A stretch of DNA of 64,000 nucleotides, from NCBI GenBank assembly GCA_028534125.1, contig CM052817.1, positions 46,998,001 to 47,062,000 of the forward strand, in the 5' to 3' direction. Shown one piece after another: positions 38,182 through 51,065 of the stretch. The stretch's first letter is position 1, and every line of letters begins with the position of its first letter. Made by a program: the position numbers and the translations under genes. The notes beneath the pieces were generated by a model that searched no databases, was not told where the DNA came from, and worked only from the letters and a program-made list of their open reading frames with translations. The DNA is from Lama glama (lineage: Eukaryota).

Positions 38182-38520
38182 TAGATTAATTTTTAAATCA
38201 AATTTGAGAAGTTACTAACCACTATTTATTTATGTTTTTTCTTCCCCTTTCTCTTTATTCTCTCCTGTGACTTCCATTGTGCATACATTGATAGCTTAAT
38301 GGGATTCCACAGATATCTGAGGCTGTGTTAATTGTCTTCATTTATTTTTCTTTCTGTTTCTTGGTCTGGATAATCTCAATTGACCTGTTTTCAAGTTTTC
38401 GGATTCTTTCTTCTGCCAGTTCTGTATGAAGAAGCAGAGAGAGCAATACTGAAGTAGGTCCTACCTTAACTGGAGTACATGTAGAAGGCCTCTGAGGAGG
38501 TGACATTTGAGTTGAGACTT

Positions 38521-38614
38521 TTTTTTTCTTTATTTAATGGAGGTACGGGGGATTAAACCCAGGACCTCATGCATGCTAGGCATATGCTTCTACCCCTGAG
38601 CTACACCCTCCCCC
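38521..38614 (-). mobile_element. tRNA-Ala-derived SINE (vic-1-like, short form)
   Basis: Reverse-complement head with short tail; perfect 14-bp TSD TTGAGTTGAGACTT at 38507-38520 and 38615-38628. Confidence 0.92.
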
Positions 38615-39650
38615 TTGAGTTGAGACTTGGTCATGGCTAAATATCTGTTTCCTAAGGATGATGGGCTGTTCTGAGTCTGAACTGTAGGCTCTGCTTCTGT
38701 GGATTGAAGAAGGGAGTTGATCATTCCCTGGGAATCGCCATAAACCAATGCATTTGATGGAAATATCTATGTTCTTACTTGAGCTCTCCAGACAGGTAAT
38801 ACACATAAATGTTCTAGTTCTCAGGGCTTTTTTTTTTTTTTTAATAACTCATTGCCAATTTTTTAAAACCCCTTGCATTTTCAAAGAAACCTTTATTATT
38901 TAGGCAGACTTGTATTTTTTCATGGAGAAGTGGGAGGACTTAATTATAGTTTCAACACACATTGGCATGCTTGGAGCAATTCAGAGGAAGTCAAAGAATC
39001 TGAGAATTTAATCCAAGATACTTATTCCATCTTAATAATGTTGTGACTTTATGTTTATTTTACAACTAAATATTCCCATAAGTATCGGGTAATTGGGCTT
39101 TATTCTATGGCCTGAAGGCCAATGTTCCTGAACTTGGTGAAACCAACTGAAAAAATGAATTCCAAAGATGGAATTTCTCCATGGAAAATGGGTTGCTTCC
39201 AGCCTTTGTTATTTACACCTACGGCCTGTTGGCAGCTGTTCTTTGGCCAGCTGAAATAGGCATCCTGGTATATTAAGGCAGTTTCTATGGAGACCTGAAT
39301 CCAAATGATGTTGGGCCTTTGAAGATCAAAGGCAGCACACTGAATTGTTTGGAGAGCCCAGTGAAGGTTTCAGAACTTTATTGTTCTCCACAGAAAACAC
39401 TACAGCCAAGACTTTGAAATGTTTTTTTCTTCTCCAGATGCATTAGAACTATGTGCACAAAATAGAAGTTTGTAGTGAATTTATCTCTTCTAATTATTTT
39501 ACTGGCTATTTTACAACATCTGTCTCTCCCATAAAAAAATGATCATCTTACATCTTTCTCTTTTTCATCTTTATGTTAATAAATACATGAAGCAATAAGA
39601 CACACAGAATATGCTGAGCTAGTAAATTTGGTAGCAGATAATGATTCCTT

Positions 39651-39716
39651 TTTTTTATTGAGTTATAGTCAGTTTACAATGTTGTGTCAATTTCTGGTTT
39701 ACAGCACGATGTTTCA
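39651..39716 (-). mobile_element. Very short L1 3'-end insertion
   Basis: Reverse complement of the L1 terminus seen at 44720-44766; TSD ATTCCTT at 39644-39650 and 39717-39723. Confidence 0.75.
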
Positions 39717-41466
39717 ATTCCTTCTTTTCTTAAATCATGGGTAATCTGTTCTGTATCATTTTTCACACACTTTTCTTAATATAAACAAATGACCACGTTG
39801 CCAGACGCACACACAACTGAACTGCAGTTGTGCCTGTAAAGATTTTGACCTACAGTCGTGTTCCTTTACATAAGTATAGTCTTTAAATTGAATCCTTATT
39901 TAGTATTTATGACACACATCCTGTTACCACAACCTTAGCAAAAATTAAAGTACAAGAAAATATTTTCCCATGAATGTGTCTTCCCAAGAGTACATTTGAT
40001 GTTTATTTTGTGGATCTTGATTTAGACATGTTTCTTCTGATAAGTTCCAATTTTATTAAAGTTCTGATGAATGGCAATGAGGTATGGTATTCCTAGCTGA
40101 TGGATATTGTCAAGATAAAATATCTGAATTTACTACATTTATCTGTGTACATTTGCATTCTTGGTTTCAAGGGCCATTTTAGAGTCAACTGGAAATATTA
40201 TAGTTAGTTACAATATTCAAAATCCTCATATTCAACATGAAGTAATGACGTGAATACTAGGTCTGTTACATCAAGATTCACAAGATTTGTGTTTAATCTG
40301 TGCATGTGAAGTGTGGAGAGAGGGAATGGTACAGTTTAACCTTTCATGACCTTTACTTCTCAGAGATGTCCAGAACCAAAGTAGTTAAGCTACCTAAACT
40401 GTATTTACTGGAGTACTATTTTTTTAACATTCCTGTAGGGAGAAATTGCTTTTTCTACCTCACAGAAGCATATCTCTGCTCCTTCTCTTTGGGACAGTTC
40501 CATTTTGTCCCAGCTCCATTTATAGGCAAGTTCTACATATTTCCTTTACTTCTCACTCTTGCTTTCTTTCCATCCCTCATCTGCAGAGAATCAGGTGCAC
40601 ACTCACCAGAATCTTCTCTAATAATTCTGCTTTCTCCTTCCCCTACGACAAAGAATGGACATTTGACAGGATTGCAATATATCTTAATCTGGAATTTTAA
40701 CTCCTTTCTTTGCAAAGCATTGTATTTCAGTAGTGAGCAATAGCTAGGGTATAAATCAAACTGGCAAACTGGTCATTTGCCATTTAATACACAGAATCAT
40801 AGGATGAAAAGTTATAGAAGGGCTTTGAAGAGTATTCATCAGTATTTTCCATCATTTTTCAATAAGATATTTCTAATGCAGAGGAAAAAGAGCCTGTTCA
40901 CCAGGTGTCTGGAGGTATAGAGAAAGTTCCACTTAGAATGAGCATAATGTGTCTTTGAAGTCTACTATTTTATCTTAAAAAAAATCCTACATCTTTGAAA
41001 TTGAAGCTTTGAAAATAAATCTACTTATTTGTTCATAAAAGTACTGTTTTAAAATTACCTACCATTAAGTACAGTGGTTCCTGTTTATCCTTCACCTTTG
41101 TGTAGCACCTAGCACATGCCCAGTATAAAAAATACTGACAAGACAGTTTTATCTTATGGCAAATGAATGAACTGAGACCATTAAACATAAAGAGATTTGT
41201 TTAAGATCACCATGGTAGAATCAGCACAAGAATTCAGGTCCAGTGACTTCCAGCCCAATGAGTTTCCCATCAAACTCTGATGTATGTTTCAACCTGATGT
41301 CATTTCCACATGGGTTTCTGGAAACTAGGGTTTCTGTAAGTCAGGAAAATCTTTGGAACCTGACTGACCTGACTTAACCTGGTTTCTGTGAGGAAAACTA
41401 CCATAAGAGTAATGTACATCTATGTATGCTTCTGACAACAGCCTAGCTCAAAAGGGGAGTTGTGGG

Positions 41467-41470
<4 letters not shown>

Positions 41471-41498
<28 letters not shown>
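41471..41498. repeat. (TG)14 microsatellite
   Basis: Read directly. Confidence 0.95.
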
Positions 41499-41502
<4 letters not shown>

Positions 41503-43084
41503 AGATAGAGAGAGACAGCGGATAAATGAGGGGTGAGTGGTACTGGTGGAAACAGTGATGGGTAGCCTTCAACAGTAGCTCATCATATTTTCCCATTTTC
41601 TGAAACCACAACTCTTTCCTGAAATCCATTAGTCTGGTTTAGGCTTTAGGCTGCTGGAGGAAAGCATTATTCATTGAGTGCTGAAGAAGCTGATTCTTGT
41701 GGCATCCATGAGAGTTACTTCTGGCTGACGTCAAAATTTTCATAAAAGTTTGAATTTTCAGAGACATTTTGTGCTCTACCTGTGAGCTTGATATGAATAG
41801 TCTTGTTCTCTATCTTCAAGATAAAACCCATGGGTAAAAAGAACTTCATTTATGCCCTATGGAAGATGCAAAATATATTTGAGAAAGATGGATGATTCTT
41901 TGTGAATAACCATTACTTAAATTTACACTGCCATTTTCATGGAAAAGGAGGGAAATTTGCTCTTCTAAACTAAATTAAAGAGGAGAGAAAGGTAACACTA
42001 TGTCTATTGAAAGACTTTAATAGAAGTAAAATGTATATACTCTAGTCAGCCAGACGGAAATAAGGAAAAACTTTTGTTGCTTCCTCTCATGGGTGAGATT
42101 TGAGAATTCTGGCTGTTCTCTTTGGTCAGATGCACAATTCATGGCTATTGATTACATCAATGCATTCACCAAACAATCTTGGACTTCACAGGACACCTTC
42201 TTGGTGCCAGCCACTCACAAAGATGACCAAGGTCATTTGAGCCCCAAGTTTCTTACAGTCCAGTGGAAAGGCAGCTGCATGAATAATTAATCAAAGTATA
42301 ATACAATTAACCAGTTTTATGTTAGTGATATGCACCAGAAGAAGGACTGTGTTAATTGATACTATCTTGAAAGGTTAAGGAGGGTTTTGCTGAGAAGATA
42401 AGTTTAAATGCAATGAGTATGAACATTTTTCCAGGCAGGAAAGTAGAAGGAGGACAGCAGAGGCGATGAATGGATGTGGGAAAGTGCCATGCTCCCTTGG
42501 GTCAGTGAGAGGAGACGAGGTCAAGTGCAGGTCAGGTTGAGAAGGGCGTTCGTGGCATTCCAGTGTGGACGTGGGAGCCGGCCAGGCTTTCAACCAGGAA
42601 ATCAGATTGGATGTGGGCTCTTTAAACAGTATCTCTGACAGGAGCTTGTAGAATTATTGGGTGGTGGGTGTGAGAAGATTGGAGAGAAGGGGGACCAGTG
42701 TTATCTAATTCTGTAGCTCAGACTCAAAAATACATACAGGGTTAAAAAAATGTTCCCCAAAATACAGGTGGGTTTTAGAAAAGCTGCTTTCATCTCTGAT
42801 TGGCAGGCAAGACAACAGTAAGTACAGATAAAATGAAGTTGTGTGCAGTGAGAAGGAGGGGGAGGTGTAGGAATTGTCGTAGGAAAAAATTAAAAGCTCT
42901 TTAAAATGAAACATCCAGAAAGTGATTTGTCTGAGGTTGTAGGGATGTTGGAAGCAATTACAATATTATCCTTTAGTCAACTAGAGAAGGAGAGAAGAAT
43001 GAGAAGGCATATCCATATTATGTAATTATTTCACGTGATTTAATGTTAAATGAGAAAATATCCAGATAAGAAGCTTTAAAAAAA

Positions 43085-43327
43085 AATAGACATACCCCCG
43101 CCCCCCATGTACTCACACTCCCTAACTACCAACATCCTGCACCAGAATAGTTACGTTTGTTAAATTGATGAACCTACATTAATGTATTATTATCACCCAA
43201 AGTCCGTACTTCATATTAGGGCTCAGTCTTAGTAGTATATCTTCTGTGGGTTTGGACAAATGTGTGATGTCATGTATCCACCATTATAGTGTCTTACAGA
43301 ATAGTTTCACTGTCCTAAAAATCCTCA
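43085..43327 (-). mobile_element. Old L1 (L1MB/MC-type) 3' UTR fragment
   Basis: aattgatgaacctacatt...tatcacccaaagtcc...ccattatagtgtcttacagaatagtttcactgtcctaaaaatcctc. Confidence 0.7.
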
Positions 43328-44429
43328 GTACTTTGTAAAATTTTTTAATAATCATAACATTTTAGTGAAACATATGTGATATTTATATATGTGTATACAT
43401 GAATATAAAAGACTAGAATTAAATTCAACAGCATGTTTTAAGAGTGCTGATTCTGGCTTATAGATTCAGAGACCCTGTTTGTCCATAGGGCACGCTACCA
43501 TCCTTTCCTGTTATCTGGCCTTTTATTAGCTCACTCAAGGCTCGCTGGACACATTTCATCCTTAGACCTAAATAATGGTGAAATAGGATTACTTGTGTCA
43601 GAAGACAGTTCCTTTTTCACAAAAATTTACAATAAATATGTGGGAGAAAAGGCTCCACTTAACTCTATCTGAGAGCAGTGAAATCAACATGTCAGGGACA
43701 CCTAAATAATTTAGACATATCCATATTCATGTCAGAAGAGGACAGTCATTTAGAGCCCCAAATGCTCAGATCACCCATATTTTCAGACCCTACAGCAGCA
43801 GTGTGAATGAGTTAAGAAATGCCAGCGCAACTATTCTCTGCAAAGCAGCTGCAGTAGGGTGGTATGGAGAGGGTATGGTACACATGTGTAGAGTCAGGTT
43901 CTGATTGAGATTTTTTTTAAAGTGTAGTCACTACTTGGGGGCAAAAAAGAAAAAGGAAAAAGAAAAATTAATGACAACATTTAAAGAGAAAAAGTGACAC
44001 AAGGAGCAACAACATTCTAGAAGAAAATAGCTTGCCATCTAAATAAAGCCTATCTCAGACTCTCTTATCATGTTCCCCTTAATTTTGGGAATATAGAGCA
44101 AGAGAAAAAAAGTGAAGAGTGAAATTTTGCTTAGTTATGAATGGAATAAAAAGGAATTTTCATAGCATCCTTTAAATAAGAATTACAGTTCTGTCTGAAG
44201 ATAAATGGACAGTTCTAGGATTACAGATAGGATAGATAGACCAAGTTCATGGATACTTTTGGAAAACGAAAGGCTGATATTTTAATGAAATCCAAAGTTG
44301 GAAGACTAAAAAAGAGGAATGTGTTTTGTGTCATGAAAGAATAATTCTAAGAATGTGTTTTCCTTTTTCCGTTACCTTTGCTTTCCCATGAATTAAACAT
44401 GGGCACAACTGTCTTCTTTTCGAACATTA

Positions 44430-44766
44430 GAAGAGAAAAATAAAGGACACTGTGAACTCATCTACTAAACAGAAACAGACTCACAGACATAGTAAACAAT
44501 CTATGGTTACCAGGGAAAAGGAATGGGAAGGAGCTAATTTGAGGAGTTTGAGATTTGCAAATATTAGCCGCTATATATAAAAAAAGATTAAAAAAACACA
44601 AGCTTCTTCTGTATAGCACAGGGAACTATATCCAATATCTTGTAATAACCTTTAATGAAAAAGAATATGAGAATGAGTATATGCATGTATATACATGACT
44701 GGGACATTGTGCTACACACCAGAAATTGACACACAGTAACTGACTGTACTTCAATTAAAAAAAAAA
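44430..44766 (+). mobile_element. Young L1 3' UTR insertion
   Basis: acagaaacagactcacagacatag...ctgtatagcacagggaactata...cttcaattaaaaaaaaaa; TSD-like GAACATT at 44422 and 44767. Confidence 0.85.
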
Positions 44767-47700
44767 GAACATTGGAATGCCACCTTTTGAAATAATTTCC
44801 ATTTTTTGATGGCATTTAATTAAGGACATGTTTTGGATATGCTTGAGAAGGCAGGAAAGATTTGGCTATATGCACATTTACATCCAGCTATAAATCCAGT
44901 TTCTTTACCTCTTGATTTTTGAAGGCAATGTTGAGAGGGAGCACAGCTGGCGATGAATGTGGATAGACGCATGAAAGGATTTCTTGGTCTGATGTGAGGC
45001 CAGTTTCTCCACTCCTCACCTTTCCTAACCATTTCTAGAATCCATCATTAGTATGACTTCAGTGAAGCATGCAAATCTCTCTTCTTCAGAGTATTGTGCA
45101 CAGTGACAATGTGCATTCCATCCCTGAGATGCTTTTGAGTAAATAAGTGCTACTTTATTAAAATCCGAATTTGCAAGGGTATGAACTAAATATCAAATCT
45201 TCAAAGCTCCTTTGTGACATAGATTACCGATGCTGACTCTCATTCGTCATGTAGCAAAAGTGTGTGGGAACATGTGTGAGTGGCAGTGGAGGAATGGGGA
45301 GAATTTTCCTGCTGACATCGGAGACGTTAGAATATCAGTGACATCAAAACTCCTTTTTGTGAAGGGGTCTGCAAGACTTGAGAAAAGCAAACTAACTAAC
45401 TAGCCCACTAACTAACAACAGCAAAGAAATTCACTGAGTTGGACAGTTGTGCTGTGTGTACCTTTCTGAATATATGATGTACTTAACAAAATTTATGTTA
45501 AAAAATAGTGGGGAGAGTATTTTGGGGTTGTCAGGTACCCAAGCCACCGGGTTTAGGGCATTTAAATAATAAAGACAGATGTTGATTGCTGGTTTCTGGT
45601 GAAAATGTCACCTCTAGGTAGGAAATTTATCTGGAGATAGCTGACAACTGTCCCTAAAGCTTGAGATACTGTTTGATTGTTATGGGGGAGAAATGTTTTT
45701 GAGAATATCATTTTAAAAATATACTCTATCATAGCTCTAGGGGAATGTGTCCCACGTTCCATCAGGGAAGGGGTCATAAAAATTGAACTAGCAATCTGTT
45801 TCTTAGTTGTCAAATGCTTGTACACTTGGGGATGGATGCCTGGGTCATGAAAAGAGAAATTCATCAAAGCTATGAGAATGTTTTAAAAAGTGGGCCAGCA
45901 ATGGTACAAGCAAGTCTGCTGGAAGAAAGAATGGAAGTGACAGTAGCAATTACAGAATTGATTGGAGACTATAATTCAAGGAGAAAATGACCCTTGACCC
46001 CTCCAGGACTCAGTGGGACAGGAAAGTGTTAGGGATTTGATATCTCAGAGCTTAATATTCAAACACAGCTAGGATTCTTACCTATATACTTGCTTGTTCC
46101 TATAACTTCCTCCTCCCCACCCTGGCCCTCCTCCTACAAGTGACATGGGGAAACAGGGAGCATATTCTAATTACTATTTTAATTGTCATCCTATCTTGAT
46201 TGTTCCCTAAACTGAAATGATTTCAGGAAATAGGTTTATATTTTAAATTAAAATAGCTAGAATACAGAAGGCGGACTTCATTTAAAATATGTATGTGTCA
46301 GTATAAGTATAGGTGTATTTAGTCCTATCTTGTGACAATGTTCAATTTACACATAGATAATAAGCAACTAATTTATATACAGCATTATCCTAAGTGTTGA
46401 GTAGGGTACCAGGAAGTTAAGACCCAGCCTCAACTCCCAAGAAATTTAGTAAGAGAACGGATAAACTATTCATCTGCTTCTAAGTTCTCAGTTCGGTGGT
46501 TTGTGTGATGAATTATTCAAGTTAGGCTAGCTGCCATAAAAATAAAACAACTCCCAAACTGAACAGTTTACATGTCGTTTGTTGCAGGTCAGTAGGGGTG
46601 GAAGGATTTAGTCCACACAGTAATTTAGGGCCCTAGATTCCTTATTATCCATGCTGCTACATCATGTAGGGTCTTGGAATCCTCCATTGGATTCTCTGCA
46701 TTTGGACTTCAGTTAGGGGACCAGGCCTGGAAGATTTCTGTGTAGGCTCTAGGCCTGGAAGTGGTGAATGTCGTCACTTCTGTTACATTCTAATGACCCA
46801 CTGACTAAAAGGAGATCTGAGAATTTCAGTCTTTCTGTGTTCACAGAGGAAAACACAGTGGAGTCTAATGACATATAGCATGGTCTATGCCTTTTCTAAT
46901 TTCTGGGAGCTTGAACTGGATTTGCTCATCCATCATTAAATTTCCCACCTTTTAGTAGGAAATAGAATCATGGAAGACAATGAACACTTACCAGTTGCCT
47001 ATTATATACATACATGATCTCAATTAGCCCTCAGTCAACTGCAGTTGGTATGGTTGTAGATTACCTGCATAATTGCTGAGGTGGGGAGAAGTCAGGGAGC
47101 TTGCTTAAGGACACTTCCAGAGATTGGCGGAGTTAAGTATAGACCCACGTCTCCTTCCAAGGCATTTGCTCTTTTTTTTTTTATTCCCTGAAGTGGGAAG
47201 TTCAGCTCAGGATCAACAAGTATTTGTTGAATGAGTGAAAAGATAAAAGAATTAAGTTATGCAAAAGACAAAAGTAAGAAATTCAGAAAAAAATTCAAGA
47301 AACATTTATGGGGTGTAATAATGAAAAAAAAAAAGACAGTAAAAGTAAATATGTGTGCTTAGAATGAAAAGAAATAGGTGCTCAGCACTCAGCTGTAGTC
47401 CTACCCTAAAGCTAGAGAGCAGTGGTTGCTTCTTTTGTTTTTGAGCCATCCATTCACTCAACAACTATTTGATGAGACCCAACCATGTGTACGTCAAAGA
47501 TACAGGAATAAAGAAGACATAGTTCTTTCCCTCGTGAAGCAAGCTTGCACACACAAGGGATATGAATAACCACTGTCTTACAGCTTTCGTTGGATTTGGG
47601 CAGCCCTTTCTCTTCAAAAAGTGCTGCAGTTGAATCTGCTGAATGGTAGCTTTCTTCCCTCCAGGCAGAGGAAGAACTCCTTCTTATAAAGTAGGTATTT

Positions 47701-49745
47701 GAGAATTCTTTCTGTTGGGGAAGTACAATGATAAGGAAGTTGCTTCTTATTACTGGAGCCTTCCAAGTACCAGTCTGCTTTTCTAGAAATTGTTGAATGG
47801 CTTCTCCCAGACACAGAGGGGAGCTCAACATGTAACTGTAGTATGCAAAAACTTTTTTGGAGCAGTGTGTTATTAGGTTCTTAAAGGTTGAAAAGTTAAC
47901 GTCTTTTCAGCTCTGCCAAATCAGCATCCATCATGCTTGTGTTCATCCTTCTCAACAAAATGTGGTGACTTTTCACTTCCTGAATTGATTTGTGGTAGAA
48001 AGATCTTTAAATCTGGGGATATGAAGAGGAAATGTCAGTTTCTGGGCAAGACTTTTTCACTAACTCTTCAGCTAGTATGTCCCTGAGTGAAAACTATATA
48101 AGTAAAATACACCATTATAAAAGAATCATGATTGTTTATTTTAAAAATAAGATTCTAATTGTAATTTTAACACATATTGAAGTCCTAAGGGAATCTACAA
48201 TTATTTTAAGTCAGATTAAGTTCAGTATATTCAATAGCCAATGTAGACAATCCTTCTTGATATTTACCATCTCTTTCTGAAGTTCTCTGATATGTCAGTT
48301 TGGAAGAGCACCTTCCTCCTGTTAAAGTGTTAATCAGATGTATTTAATTTTTCTGTTATTTGAAAAATTATTAAATCACATCAATACTTCTTATGTTTTT
48401 CCAGAATTAATAACTTTGGTCTTTTTATATGGTTAAATTAATTTTTCTTTTTCAATCATTCAACCAATTACCATCCAGCATTTCCTTTGTATCAGGCCCT
48501 GTACTAGGGGCTTAGGAACCATCTATGAACCAATTGGAAAAGTCCCTGCCCTTGACCTTGATTCTAGCAGAAAGAGATAGACCGTAAACAATACGAGTAA
48601 TAAATGATGTGGTTTACATTTTTAGGGTAGGCCTCCTTAAGAAGGTTACTTTAGAGCAAACGCTTGAAGGATATGAGGGAGTAACCCAGCATATATCTTG
48701 AGGAAGAGGCTTCCAGGCAGCAGGAGCATTATTTGAGGAGCACTGAAGAGGTGAGTGCCTGGAGCAGAGAGGCAAGGGAGATGAACTCAGAGTGGTGAAG
48801 TGGGCCAGACGGTAGGGGCTGTGTGGGCCGTTGTAAAGATCTTGGGTTTTATTCTGAAAAAACAATAAGGAACTTTTGCAGGTTTTTGACCACAGTGGGA
48901 ACACAATCTAGGTCTCGGTTATACTCTGTTCGCAATTCCTTTGCTGTTGGACATTTTTGTAATATTTATAATGATGTTATTTGTAGTCTCTAACCATGGG
49001 TAAATTCAAATTTTTATCTGGTATCTGTTGCCTACAGAATGTAAAATCAAATACTGCTAAAGCTTAGTTATCTAAACAAAGAATTCTCTAATTGTGGATT
49101 CCAGGTGGTCAGGGGATTTCTGCATTCCGATTGGCTGACTGCTTGTGGCCCAGTCAGTCCAGGTGTCAGCCTGGATGTACATTTCCAGGGGGCAGATTTT
49201 AGTAACCAATCTTACAGTGAGGTAATGGTTGCATATTTTATGCTTTATAACTTACCTGATTCTATTTCTTCAAGATGCATCTCTGAACATTTACAGTTTA
49301 GTAAACTTCCCCAGGTGAAGCATTTTTGCTATATACAATAGCTCCCTTACATGTTAGAGAATATGAGAAAGCTTATACTCTATAGTGTGCACACACTGCC
49401 CTTCTGTGATTGAAGTGTGTGACTTTTCACATGCCATGGTAGAGTATTCTATATTTTCCAGTTAGGCTCGAGAGTGTTTTGAGATCGTGCCCAGGCCCAT
49501 GGTCTGGAGAGGTCATTGTCCAGGTTGCCCGACTTGCCCCAGGGTAAGGACTGGGTAGTTGTGTGCGTGAACTCATGGATGATGTGCTTCTGACTTCAAG
49601 CACTGGGTCCATCTGAGGGGAGAAGTATTATTTAATATACTTCTGTTTGCACATAAAGAGTTGAATGATTGTGTATTGGACTAGTTGTTAGCTACTTCTA
49701 GTAATGGAAATGATTTTATTTTGGCAACTGGTGAGGTAAAGTAGT

Positions 49746-49915
49746 GTAGGGAGGAAGAAGTCCCTGGCTGGGTCTGAAAATTAAACTGACAAAGACAGAT
49801 TAACAGGAGAAAAGCATACAACTTTTATTACATTTTTATATGTGCATGGGGCTTCACAAGAGAATGAGGTAACAAGAACAGGAAGCTTTTATACCTTTTA
49901 GACAAAGAGACAATA
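49746..49915 (-). mobile_element. ERV1 (MER4-group) LTR fragment
   Basis: aaactgacaaagacagattaacaggagaaaagcatacaaacttttatt phrase; AATAAA on the - strand. Confidence 0.55.
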
Positions 49916-49919
49916 TTAA

Positions 49920-50190
49920 TTTTAGATAAATAGATAAAGAAGTTGCAGTAAATATATACAATGGAATACTACTCAGTCATAAAGGGAATGAAATATGCTA
50001 TTTGCAACAGCTTGGATGGACCTGGAGGGCATTATGCTAAGTGAAATAAGTCAGACAGAAAGACAAGTACTCTATGATCTCACTTATATGTGGGGTAAAA
50101 AGAATAAACTCATAGATACAGAGAACAGATTAGTGGTTGCCATGGGTAGGAGAAATGGGTAAAGGGAGTCAAACGGTAAAACAAAAAAAA
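49920..50190 (+). mobile_element. L1 3' end fragment
   Basis: acaatggaatactactcag...tggatggacctggagggcattatgctaagtgaaataagtcagacag; A-rich end. Confidence 0.85.
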
Positions 50191-50645
50191 ATTAAGTTGA
50201 TGTAAAACAGGCATAGAAATTTTGAATCGTGTTCAAAACGTTGACTTTATATATATGTACATATGTGTTTCCATATGCTAATGTATATAGCATAGGTGTA
50301 TATGTAGTATATATAAACACTGATGCATATCTTATTTCTAAAATAATGGAAATAAATAAATTCTAGATCTTTAAGATGAAACCAAATATTAGCATATTAG
50401 AAATTTGCATTAAAATTTTAAAAGTAAAAACCAAAAAAAGAGAGAGAGAAATAAAGGGGTAAATCAGAAAAGAAAACTCTTTAATACATTTCATGAGACA
50501 TATTTGAAACCGTATCATTTCTGTGAAACAAAATTAGTATGTTGTGTAGAGAAACAGAGACAGGCATAAGCTTATACCAAGAAGAGAGACAGAGAAACAC
50601 AGGTTAGGGAGGATTTCAATTTCATTAATAATAAGATAGCTCAGT

Positions 50646-50670
50646 GCATCAGTTAGGGTTCTCCAGGGAA

Positions 50671-50701
<31 letters not shown>

Positions 50702-51065
50702 TATATATTATTAAATGTTACATTATTTTGAGTAATTGGCTCGAGCAATTGTGAGGGCTGGCAAGTCTGAAATAAGAAATGCAGGCTGGCAGACTGGAAA
50801 CTCATGCAGGCATTGATATTAGAGTCTTGGGGCAGAATTTCTTCTTCCCTGAGAAATCTCAGGTTTTGCTCTTAAGGCCTTCAAGTGATTAGATGAGGAC
50901 AATCTACCTTATCAAGGACAATTGATAAGTTTAAGTTGACTTAAAATCAACTGATGATAGATGTTAACCACATCTACAAAATGCCTTCACAGCAACACCT
51001 AGATTAGTGTTTTATAAATTAACTGGGTACTGTAGCCTGGCCAACTTGATACATAAGACATTCAT
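50646..51065 (-). mobile_element. MLT2-like ERVL solo LTR containing (AC)13 at 50671-50696
   Basis: agttagggttctccagggaaac...gggctggcaagtctgaaat...aactgggtactgtagcctggccaacttgatacataa. Confidence 0.8.

Noticed and set aside
40300..40743. 147-aa ORF (similarly 10065-10463, 47454-47831, 61771-62205)
   Set aside because: No family resemblance, F/L/S-rich composition typical of chance ORFs in AT-rich or TE-derived DNA, and no exon context.
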